From: Haliotis cracherodii
Taxonomy: Eukaryota
DNA: 64,000 bases
Direction of reading: 5' to 3'
Assembly (NCBI RefSeq): GCF_022045235.1
Contig: NW_027266265.1
Location: 34,100,001-34,164,000, forward strand
Numbering within the stretch: the stretch's first letter is position 1; every line of letters begins with the position of its first letter. The notes under the pieces are model-generated. The model was not told where the DNA came from. It saw nothing but the letters and a program-made list of their open reading frames with translations, and made no database searches. Shown here in pieces: positions 14,330 to 26,272 of this stretch. Made by a program: the position numbers and the translations under genes.

Positions 14330-14990
14330 ACAAATTAAACACTCCCAATAATATTAACTTAAACTTTCGACACAATTACGAATTTATCAAAATGCTCAAT
14401 TTCGTTTAAGAAACCAATAATTAAATGAGAAATAACTCTATTAAAAAGATCCTTAAGAGATGATGATTTGAAATAGTTATCCCTTGTGATAAACACAGTC
14501 AAGCAGAAAAGGCTTGACTGTGATTCGCTCATCACAAGAAATACAGAACGGATGATCCTCATCTTAGAACAATTATACATGTGAATAACGAGAATAGGCA
14601 ATGCGACATCGCCGTAACATATCCTCTTTAAATCTGGACTGACAGGAAATGTAACTTATAGTTGGTTTGATTTGATATAATTTATTTACACCCACTTGGG
14701 TGTCCCACTGCTTTTGCAGTAGATCTTTATTGTAACATCTAATTACAGGCTTAATATCATTGTATGGAATCAGTAGTGGTGGCCTAGTTTTGTTGAGTCC
14801 TGCTTTAGCTGCAGCTTGAGCCATTGGGTTACCAGTGATTTCAACATGGCTGTGTAACCAACAAAGATTATGTCGTATTGGCCAGTAGCAAGTTCATAAT
14901 GTTATTCCACAATTTCGTTTAAAAGTTGGTGTTTATTAATAGCCGTGAGGCACGAAAGAGAATCTGGCGGTTCAAATGTTTGTTTCTGCT
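14330..14990 (-). mobile_element. Duplicate of the I-clade LINE fragment
   Basis: Near-identical to 1560-2215. Confidence 0.75.
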
Positions 14991-16884
14991 GTGAAATTGG
15001 AACAGCTATCAGGTAACCTTGATGATAGAGTCCTGATTTCATTGACAGTGGCGGAAATCAACAGTAAATCTACATGTACATAATGTTAGCGGGACCGTAT
15101 ACTCGCAGATTTCGAAAGTGGGCATGCAGCCTCTTAAGGACTGTCAGATTTGTAAGCACTTTTAGTGCAAAAGAAATTGAACATTAAAAGTAAAACACAA
15201 GTGCTGTCGTGGACGGAGTTGAACCACAGTCAACATCAAGGAGTGGATCTTTCCAGAGTTTTTAAAAAAAAATAACTTGTCTTAGAATTATCTGACCTTG
15301 TGCACATGCACATGGTAGACTTGGTCGATCGAGAAGTGCGGGATGGGACTGTTTCTAGAAGGAGGCTGGATGTCCCTTACATGAGAAGTGGGCGATTGGA
15401 TGCCTTTTCGAGCGGACTTGAGTCATGTTTACATTTACTTGTAAAGTCGTGTCTGGACACCTTTTGTAAACACCGAATTCCCACTAGTCTCCAAAAGTAT
15501 TCTGGATTCAAGAACGAGGATTTGTTTCAAGAAATTCGACAATTGAAAATTCTGAACATTCGCCATTGTGCTAACATCAATCAAACGTTACTTGTTGCTT
15601 CTGTCTCCTATTGCATCCAGAGGCTTGACTTGTTTTATTGTAAACCTAAATCTGTGTGCTTCGAAATACTTGACTGATATTCATTGATCGTGTGTGCTCA
15701 TATACTGATTTGACAATTTATTTATGTAAGCGCTGATTTCTGGGTTAACCTTTGCGTTTAATTTTGGAATTCACGTCGAAGTAACATATATGCCCTCCTC
15801 GAAACATAGACATATACACGAGAGCTAAACGCTGCTCCACACTTCTGTTCATTTTTTGTAGTTTCGATTTTTAATGTAGCTCTTTGTAAAGGTAATGTTT
15901 TAATCGTCGTCATAGACAACAGTATAAGGATCTATTCCGAAACGTCGCCGTTACAGTAATTAAAGAAATTGTTGTCCATAAATTGTATCTACTTTGTCAT
16001 CCGTCAAATTCTAAGTAATGCCTAACAAACAATTTGAGCGCAGAATATTTTACAAAGTCTTTTCCCAGCTCCACAAATGTTAAGCTAAAAGAATTAGACC
16101 TATCGTCATGCAAACATTTGTAAAGTTTAATTACAGTTAATTGGCCTAAATAGGAACCATATATATATAGTGATGTCATGAGTTCATTTTCCTTACTATC
16201 ATATAAAGTGTATTAAGTAAATGACTCGGTTTTAGAAAAGGTGTTGATATATACTTATCTTCATATTATGAAGATGACATGCAATTAATGCTTTGTCATG
16301 CCTTTTATGAACTCGAGATTAGATCACTCACTCATGTCATCGGAAGATCGTCTGTGTATGTGTATTTGAATGTGTATTTATTTGTAATTGGGTTTGAGCA
16401 CAATACGTATTTGTTTTTTTAATTTTTTAACACCGCATTTAGCAATATTTCAGCTATATATTATATACTACCCAGCTGTATATTAGAGTTCCTGTCGAGC
16501 CCGTCACATTGATGGAATATTCCTGAGCGTGGAGCTAAACAACAAACGTAACAGTTTTTGCAATATGCAGGTCCTCATTTCGTTTCATTGCTTCGATTTT
16601 GGACCAGCGAAACAGTGAGAGAGAGAAAATGATTTTAGTAGTGATAGCCCTAACTGGCGTACCTAATTATCATAAATGATCGCGATAAGTTTGAATGAAA
16701 CCATATCGTGGTGACTGTCCGGAATCAGATAAGATATGTCACATGTGGCATGTTAATTGCTCCTCATCTTGGATTGTGTAACGTATGAATGGGCTGCTTC
16801 CAGTTAACGAAATACCGTCATTCCAGTTTCCTTCAGTTGATCAGGTGTCTGTATGTTTGTATGATGTATGAAGCTACAGAAATA

Positions 16885-17064
16885 CAGTAAACTACGGTTA
16901 TAACGAACACGCTTATAACGAACTGGAGGATATAACGAACTGGGTTTTAGGCCCCTGCCATTTGCTGTGTCTCTGCTGTACATATGCTTATAACGAATTA
17001 CGGTTATAACGTTACGAGCTAGAATTTATGGTCCCTTTGAGTTCGCTATAACCGTAGTTAACTG
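16885..17064. mobile_element. MITE (Tc1/mariner-pogo type), 180 bp
   Basis: TIRs cagtaaactacggttataacgaac / gttcgctataaccgtagttaactg; TA target duplication; absent at the equivalent site in unit 1 (~3750). Confidence 0.9.
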
Positions 17065-17386
17065 TATATATGCTCACCGCCATGTTTACATGTGAAGACT
17101 TACTCATATTCAAGAGATATTAGATTGGTTAAATGCACAAACGAATGTACTGGTATATTATGTGTATTGATGCTCATGAACTCATCACGTGTGACGTTAC
17201 AGATCCTTGACGCGAGAAGCACCATTTATCTCGAGTAGGATTGAAGTAATTTTGTAGATTTTTGTGAAACAGGATTAATGTAATTGTGTATTGGAAGTAA
17301 CATGACTCTTGACATCAGAACATGTAAAATATTATTCTGTATACGGGTTGGTTAGTTTATTGTCCGTATACTCCATCCCTACAATT

Positions 17387-17788
17387 ATGTTGAACGTGTG
17401 CGTTGCTGTAATCCTTATTGCTTCAGCTCTTGTTCAAGATGCGCATGGTTTTGTAAGTCAAACATCAATATATATTTACTGTAAAAAAATAATGAATTGT
17501 GTTTTCTTGTTGTTCATATACCCATGTGTGTATCCTTGGTTAATCTGTCAACACAGTGATTTCCATTTAGCGTTCTTCAAAGTGTGGTTCCAAAATATCC
17601 CCGATCATCAGTATGGAGTATGATTTTCCATATCATCGTCTGTGTGTATATTGCACATTATGTAATTTCACAGTGCCAGACAGAAGGGCAATGAACATAA
17701 ACGGTGTAACATGCTGTAATGGTCTCATGTGGGAGCCGGATACAGGAAACACAAGAATATGCAAGAGAAAGGTCAAGGTGGTATTTGG
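17387..17788 (+). pseudogene. Gene C: disabled B-like knottin paralog (exons 17387-17452, 17674-17788; no third exon found)
   Basis: Signal exon MLNVCVAVILIASALVQDAHGF|gtaag is intact. Exon 2 reads CQTEGQ then TGA after a small deletion; the shifted frame continues NGVTCCNGLMWEPDTGNTRICKR, with Cys5 changed to Trp. Confidence 0.8.
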
Positions 17789-18180
17789 GTAAGCGAAAAA
17801 CAATAATACTAGTACTGCCAACAATAAACACCCATAGAATCACGAGGGTACTGCTTTTCAAGGGCACTGGAAATGTGAAATTTTGATGCTACCGTAGTAT
17901 TGTAAATATTGACATAAACGTTATCGGATATATATACATGCGACTGATAAATGTCCTTTTTTTATTTCTTTAGCTACAAGTTCAGGATATGATGAGGAAG
18001 ATAACTATGGCTAAAAGCAAAAAGACAGTGATGATTTATCATACTTCACAAGAAAAATCTAACTGTGAGCAAGGTCGTAATCCAAAATACTTTCTTTTCA
18101 GTTTGGAGTGAGTGAATTAAAAGTCACCTTGGCAATATGTTAGCCATAGTGTCACTAGCACATGTATTCAGTAATAATAT

Positions 18181-19638
18181 ACTGAACAACAAAAGTTCCT
18201 GTGACATTGAATAAGATTTATTGCAAAGTTATGTTTTTACCAAATCTGAAACAATTTCGGTTTGTAACAGATAGAAGACTCCTGTAAGTGTTCAAATGGT
18301 TTAATTTGCCAAACTGAAATCAGAAAATGCGAGATTTCATAAAAAACACCCCATGAACATGCCAAAATGTCATTTACAAATCAATAGCGTCTGTGTCCAC
18401 CTCTGGGTGCGATGCAAGCAACACATCTTCGTCTCATGGAATGGACCAGGCGTCTCACAAAGTCCTGCGGGATATCTGTCCATATCTGCCGGAGCATGTT
18501 TCGAAGTTCCTGGAGTGTCTGTGGAACACGTGGTTGACGTCGAAGGCACCGATTCATCTCATCCCACATGTGCACGATTGGTGAGAGATCAGGGGAGCGA
18601 CGGGATGACATTCACGTTATTTGTTGAAGATGAATCCTGAACAAGTCGAGCAATATGAGGCCGGGCGTTGTTATGTTGAAAGGTAATGCCTGTGCCATTA
18701 CGACGCAAAAACAGTAGAACAACAGACCCGATGATCTCGTCGCGGTAGCGCTGTCCATTGAGATTTCCCTCTTCCACTATCAAACGGGTCCTCTGTCTTG
18801 CTGTAATCCCACCCCATACCATGACGCTGCCGCCCCCGAACCGATCTTCTTCCATGACACAATGATTGACGTAACGTTCACCTCGACGTCGGGACACTCG
18901 AATCCGTCCATCGCTGTGGCTGAGGTGAAAACGAGACTCGTCAGTGAATAGAACTTGTCCCCACTGCATAGCCGTCCATGGGCTTGACGGTGGTTTCCTG
19001 TCAAAATGGGACGTCGGGCGGGTCTTCTGGTGACAACCCCTGCACATCAGGGGCGACTACGTACGGTTTGTGAAGAGACTCGTCGAAGGCCAGGGATGCT
19101 TCTTGCAGTCTCTGTTGCTGGCTGGAATCGATTTCGTAGGTGTGTTGTTCGAATCCAGTTCGATTATTGGTTACGCGTGGCCTGCCACTCCGAGGATGGT
19201 CTCTGACTGCATTCGTCTGTTGCAAGCGTTGCCATAAACACCAAATGGTGTTTCTGTGGACTTTAAATTGTCTTGCAGCATCACGTTGACTCGATCCTGC
19301 TTCAAGCATACGAATGGCTCGCAGACGCTGATTTTCGGATAGGCGTGGCATTTCGTAATGTTGAATAATTGCGTAATTTTGTTGTTTTTCTGAGTGATTG
19401 TTATCAGCACGATGCTAAACAATGCATATGGAATCCCGTTAACGCACATGTTTTCACACCCATTCTTGGGTAGTTAAATGCATGGGGCTTGTATAAAAGT
19501 CAACTTTTGCATGGAAAGCATGCTTTTCCGTAGTAGTTGCGTTTTTGTGACTTGATTCCATACATGTACTACAATATTGAAAACCAAACTTTATTTGTTT
19601 GAAAAATACACTAAAATATTGGTGTCACGGGAACTTTT
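18181..19638 (-). mobile_element. Tc1-family DNA transposon with frameshifted transposase (18381-19351)
   Basis: MPRLSENQRLRAI..HTH..RSGRPR; VLFTDESRF; GGGSVMVWGGI; FQHNNARPH; SPDLSPIVHMWD, split over three frames; TIR core aaaagttcctgtgaca (18191) / tgtcacgggaactttt (19623); empty site in unit 1 at ~4240. Confidence 0.95.
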
Positions 19639-21436
19639 ATTTAAAAAACTGTCAGCCATGCAATCACATGTTCATATTCAAATATGAGAATAGGACTTCA
19701 TGACAGCCTTATCACCACACTTCCTGTTTAAAGTCATAAAATGCTAAAATGTTAAAAAGGACAACGACTATGTATCATAAATATGAACACATCTGATAAC
19801 TTTCAAAACAATTTCAAAAATTCAGATCATTTCATAAATTATGTAGATTTCCTTACTATTCCTCGTTATTTAATAATTTCTCCTCTTAAGTACTAAAATC
19901 AAAGGTAACTCAATGATCATATAATTATATACATTGCCGATTTGGTTTGAAAGTTGAACGTCAGTTTGTAACATAGATGGGGAAACAGCAATGTAAAGCT
20001 CCTACAATTTATGACTGGATGTTTTATTTTCCTTATTGTAGTGTTGATTTCGTTTAGGTCCGACTGTGGTCGGTAAAATTCCTCGAATAAGTAATCACAT
20101 TAAACACAATGGGTCGAATACTAGAATATGTTACAATGCTAAAGAATATGTATTGCTTGGACTGCTTTCGCGACGTAAATTGCATAAATTGCAGTTGCAA
20201 TACCAAATACCAAATACAATTTTCACTGTCTCAGAACAATAACTTTTGGCTTAAATTTTACAAATAGATTCGACATATATGTTATACCGAGGCTTTATCA
20301 GGGGTATATGATGATGAGGGATATTTATATTGGCAAAATGGTTGCTGACCAAGAGAAAGCAATGGTAAGAGTTCAAATTAGGAAGGTACATTGACGGAAT
20401 ACACAGATGATATTTTTCAAACCCCATCTCAATATGTATATAATTGTCTAATGTCTAAAACTTTCCCAATGGATGACTATAAGACTTTTGTTAAAAACAT
20501 GAATTTATTACATATTTTTTAAATACTTACTGATTTTGACATCTGGATAAAAGTGTAATACATCTGGATAAAAGTGTGTATTATAATTAACAACAGCCTC
20601 GACGAAGACAATCGTTCAGTTTTGCATAATAAAAACATTATATTAACCTACAAGTGTTGACGTGTGTTCATTTTGCTTTATACCTGGATTTCTTATGATA
20701 TATAGTTGAATGCGTAAAATCGCCTCTGTTCTTGGCGGAGATTTCTTATGAATATGGAAGGGTGTTGCGCTTTTATTTTCATAATTATGATGCTATGGAT
20801 TTTACAAATTATTCTTCTCATAAATGTCAAGGCTGACTAGGGTATCTTGATGCCGTTTTAATGTGTGTTGGTATCAAAACGAAACTGACACCTTACATGT
20901 TTCGTCTCTTGGAATGTGAATTGAAAATAACAACTGACGACTGTCAATAACTATAACCCAAACATTGCGTGGGAGAATTTGAAGTGGATTTTTTCTCCTT
21001 TCCTTCAAACAAATTTTCTGTCCAATACAACACAAGTGCTAAAACAGAATTATTTTAGAAGATATTTAGTTCATTGTGTCCAAATTACCTTTTTCTTGGG
21101 GCAATAAGCTTTTGATGTATATATGTTGAACTGTTTTAAAATAGAGTTCGTTGAACAAAAGTCAATATAACAATGCAATAATGAGTAACATATCTCATCT
21201 GCAGTGATTAAGAGAATGAATTTGCTATAAGGCCAGTTACATATAATGCTGTGTCAGCTTGATATGGGAGGAAAGTCCGATCATGTCTCCTAAGCATGAC
21301 ATATATTCAGTCAGCAACAACTGCAATAAACATTGGGCAACAAAAACAATGTAAAATGTTTGAAATCACTTTTATTGTCAAGCAATTCGTGCACACATAT
21401 CTAGCTACCGAGGGATGTCAAAGTATCAGTTTACAT

Positions 21437-22816
21437 CTACTGACAAGTCATCCTGTTCATGTATCCAGGCATACAGCGGAGGGATGCACAACATCTCATG
21501 GCACCTATGCCGTTAATCTTGCATTCGTCGTTACGGAGGCGACACTGTAAAATATGGACGAATGCATTTACACATCCAAATGAAATTATCATCTGCGTAC
21601 ATCAATAGCAATATTGCACCGAGTATTACAAAACATATTTTGTGTGATACGACAGGCATAAGCATATAGTCAAAATAATCATGTTTAAGAATATGAATTG
21701 GAAAGCCCATGAAACGATGCTTCTGAAAGAACTCTATTGTAACTGCATTGTACATGTATGCTGTCGAGCATGTAATGGCAATGCTAATTTCTTTGGACAT
21801 ATGTTATGTAGGTGGAAATGGCACATGAATTATACTAATTTGCAACCAATCACATGTAAAGAGAGTAATACATGTAAAATATTCCACCAATATTCTTTCA
21901 GTCCGGACCACTTGTCATCATTCAAAATCCTTGTTTAAAGGGAACATTTGTAAAGTTACATTTACACGGATATAGTACAGTGCTACATTTCCTAATTTAA
22001 TATTTTATCCCATGGCAGTAGTCGATGTCTGGCACGTTAACTTACCCCCATACCGCCGCCAATACCGCCACCAATACCGCCGCCAATGTTCCTCTTGCAT
22101 ATATTAATGTTACCCAAACCCGACTGACACGTCAAGCCATTGCAGCAGGTGTTACCATTCATCCAATTGCATGTTTGTCCCTCGTTCTGACACTGCATGA
22201 ACAAAATGAAGCAGGTTTTGCATTTGTATCGTGTAACCCAACAATATGTTACATTTGTTGCTATTATTTAGAATTCAGCAACACTGTTTATCTATGGACA
22301 TATAAAACAGTGGTAGGATAAACATGCCAATAATATTTCTCCTTTTACATTTAAAGAAAAATACAGTAAAACATGGGGCATATTCATGCAGAATTAGAAT
22401 CATTGCCGTATTGTGATGCATGCCAATAATCACATTGGCAAATGACTAAAGTAATGGCATTAATATACAGGGGGACACGATTGTAAATAAACATTTGAAA
22501 ATGATTTATAACAGAACAAGGGATGGCTGGATCACGATATTAGACTATATAGTTTATGGACCATGGAGCATAAGACTTGATGTGGTATATGATTTTCGGT
22601 TCCTTTTGTCTTTTAAAACATGAAGGAAATTTAAAAGAATCAACTGATTGCAAATGCAGCTTTTGATCACATATTTCCCCACAGAGAGATAGTATACATG
22701 TATCATAAATCAAGATTAAGTGATATGACAGCACTTACTCCAAACCCTGCCGCAAAGAGATCTTGACCCAGTAGTGATACCACAAACAGCAAAGCAAGAC
22801 ACACTTTGAACATCAT
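21437..22816 (-). CDS. Gene A': double cystine-knot peptide, 110 aa; exons 22816-22739, 22192-22046, 21544-21437
   Basis: MMFKVCLALLFVVSLLGQDLFAAGFG | CQNEGQTCNWMNGNTCCNGLTCQSGLGNINICKRNIGGGIGGGIGGGMG | CRLRNDECKINGIGAMRCCASLRCMPGYMNRMTCQ*; intact splice sites. Confidence 0.9.
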
Positions 22817-23859
22817 TGTAATGATAGGGTACACCTGGAAGCAAACAGAAGGTGATGCATTTGAAATCCTAATACTTCTGAACAATGCTCAGTACTTCAT
22901 ATGTACAACTTTAGTATTGTGTGAACACAGATGTACTTGTAGTAATGACACCATTATGTTAAACAATACTGAAACACAATGTGAAAATTCATAAAATATT
23001 ATCCTCATGATGAATAGTAATGATATATATTGGAACTAAGTATGGTTGTTTCTGTCGTCTGAGACGCCGCAATTGTGCAGAGTTGCTTCTCTTAGCCATG
23101 CAAAATATGTTTATCGTGACTTCAAATCACAGATTATGATTTGGTTTCTTAGCACCATGCCCGTGCCCTTGGTTTTCATCAAAGTTGTTAATGTCTAAAG
23201 CCTGCATCCCTGCGAGCTTTCTTTCACGATTAAGCTGACACGCTGTAATAAAACTAGTTTACTGTTCCTAGAGCCGTGAAGTTCAACTCACTCGTTATGC
23301 ATACCTGTACATACCTGTTCAACTGTAAGATCGAATGGAGAATATACAGTGCCTAGCATTACATGTATTTATACCCGTTGATCGATAATATTTCCTGAAC
23401 TGCATATTCAATAATACGCAGAAAATGTGTTGCATTTAATATCACAAATCTGTTGGAACAGTTAATGATCTGACGGCGATCTGACATGTGACGTTACTTT
23501 GATCAGCTGTAGATGCTGATATGTTATCAAGATTCACATGGCATGTGTTGTTGATGCTTCATTGTGCTTGAAGAGTGGTAAAGGAATAACAAAAAATGAG
23601 GGTGTGTTTTGCTCTTTGGTCGAATCTGATTGAATATTCACCACGTACATGTTTGTACAGTATTATCCTCATCTTCCGATTATTTTGCAAGTGGTCTGTG
23701 TTATATTTTTTTCAATATACGTGTGTTCAAAATTTAAAATCGACAAAAGCCTTTCCATGTTCATGAGACTTATCTGCCAAAATATGAGTCGACTTTACGA
23801 TTCCGACTATATCGTGAGCATGTGTTAATGAAACGCTGTCAAATAGTGATGATAGCAGG

Positions 23860-25115
23860 TGTTGGCGAAAAGGTAAGCGTATCCTGTCCCACAAGTGGCA
23901 CCAGTCACAGAGTTATGCCTCTTGTTGACTGAATCAATAGTCCCTACAATCACGGCAGTATTCTCATCCTGAATATTCTGAAGTTTCATCAGATGCCCAT
24001 ATTTGTCGTCGATGGACTCTCCCTCTCATTCTGTCCAATGATTTTGGCTTCGCATACGACACATTGTATGGCATAGATCAATTTTGGGGAAGTACAAATC
24101 ATATTTACACTGAAACAGAACGTTTTTCCGTCTTTGAATGTAAAAGAAATACATTGAACAACATGAGGGTAAGTAATTAGGTCTGTAACACTATTGTACT
24201 GTTTTACATTATTGTTTTCCTCGTAAGAAAGAAGCCTAGTAAGAATCCTTTCAAGACGACTGCTCTGTTTTTTACCTTTAATAAGTTTATTTATTTGTTT
24301 CAGTTCTTTACACTTGTTTAACGAAAACAGTGTCTCCCAAACATTTCAAAATATTTCCGGATTGGGGGATTAAAAAGGTTGTAACAAAAGGGAGAATACT
24401 CCCGTTTTGAATATCTTACTCTTTAAGAAGATCACAACGGTTTTGTGATTTAGCCTTGTTTGTGGCATCTTCTACTATTGTCCAGTGTAGTTTCTTTCTG
24501 AAAGGAATTACCCCAGTTTATTGAGTCTATATTGCGCAGATTCTACGTGTTGATGAGTAAGGGACACTAAATGAGAAGGTGAAAGGAATTGCAGTATTGT
24601 TTGGAATTGGTTGGTCTGTAATGTGCATCTCTGTCAATCTTATTGTTTGATATTGTAACTATTACATCAAGAAAAGAAAGACTTTCATCGTTCATCTCTG
24701 AAGTAAAAGTAAAACACTGTAAATCTTCTCCATTCTGATTGCACCGAAAAACACAATCATCTAAAACTATTTTCCATTTGTTATGAAATCACTGTCCAAA
24801 TGCAAATTCATCAGTTTCTTTTTAGATTACATCCATGGTTGATTTGTGATGGGTATCGTTCCAACTTTTAAAAACAATAATTGTGGTCACTATGGTTGAA
24901 GGTCAGATATATTTCAAAATCACGCTTTTAACGTTTGTGTAATGTCTACAAGAAAAGCTTGCTGGGAAATGTAAGTTCTCCTTGCATGAATTTAATCCCT
25001 CACATTAAAAGCTCTCAAAAGATGCATCCTCTTTTGTTTGAAGCATGCTCAAAATGTATTCTATTGGAGCTTTAAAATTAAACGGTGTCGGGTTTACTTC
25101 TTGGGAACGTACCAT
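23860..25115 (-). mobile_element. Duplicate of the decayed Penelope-like element
   Basis: Colinear with 8720-9985, with additional deletions. Confidence 0.75.
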
Positions 25116-25279
25116 ACCACTAGTACTGTAGCTATCGGAGAGTTTTCACTACCAAATGCAAGATGCTTTGCATTGATATTGTTCCATCCACGTTTTAAAC
25201 TCACTCACTCTTCTATATTCCTATAGTGGACTTAAGAATACTTTTCGATATTGACGTTCGTGTTTGTTTTAACTTTGCT

Positions 25280-25452
25280 GGGGCGGTTGGCTTGCCTCGT
25301 GGTAAAAAACGTTCGATCGTCACGCCAAAAGACTCGGGTTCGATTCCCGACATGTCTACAATGTGTGAAACGTATTTCGAGTGTCCCCCTGCCGTGATAT
25401 TGCTGGAACATTGCTAAAAGTGGCGTAAAACCATACTCATTCACTCACTCAC
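25280..25452 (+). mobile_element. tRNA-derived SINE (family 1), duplicated copy
   Basis: Same insertion site as 10164-10321. Confidence 0.85.
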
Positions 25453-26272
25453 TTTAACTGTGCTAGCTAAAACTTCCAAATTTACTATAGATCATGCTGC
25501 TTTGGGTACTTAAATGTCCCTGTCTACACTAAATATCAACAGAAGAAAACAAATTGTAGTTTTGCAATCCAGTATAAACCCGCTTGTAAAATCTAAAAAT
25601 ATTTCCAGCAGGTACATTCTGTGATGTCTTTTCAAATCGTTATGTATTCGCTCTGTTCCATTTAATTGTCCTTGCTCGTTAAGAGCATGACAGATGTAAA
25701 TGATCACATTTAAAGATAACTATTTGTAATGAAGATTATTTATCTGTGTAGGTAGGAATCAGATCCTATCGGAGGTTGTGACTGACAGACTGACATCGGA
25801 TCCAAGATAACAATTGCAACACCTGCTCTGCTAATTTATCATCCTTATCTTGCTTTGCGTAAGTTTGGAGTCTCAGTGGTATAAATATGTCAGCTAAGTC
25901 AAAAAGGCATCTCATTCAAATTTGCCCGGCTGAACAGGTAACATTATATTTATTAATGTGAAACACAACTCGTTAACACAACAGTTTTAAGTGCTCCACC
26001 AAAATGGATAGGTTAAGTCATTTGCTATATATTTCCCAAGACTTGAGGTAATATGTTGTTTTTCACAAATGTTATGACAGTCTTAATCTACATTAACAGT
26101 ATGATTTAAACTTAGTCTGCTTATGAAGGTTTATGTATAGATTATGTGTTTGAAAATTAAACCCAATATAATTTGTGTGGGTGTGATGTTGTTTATTTTA
26201 TGAACGGTTGGATAGTTTACATTCCATCACAAATGACTTCAATGAATTTCTTTCCAGTTTTACTCAATCACA

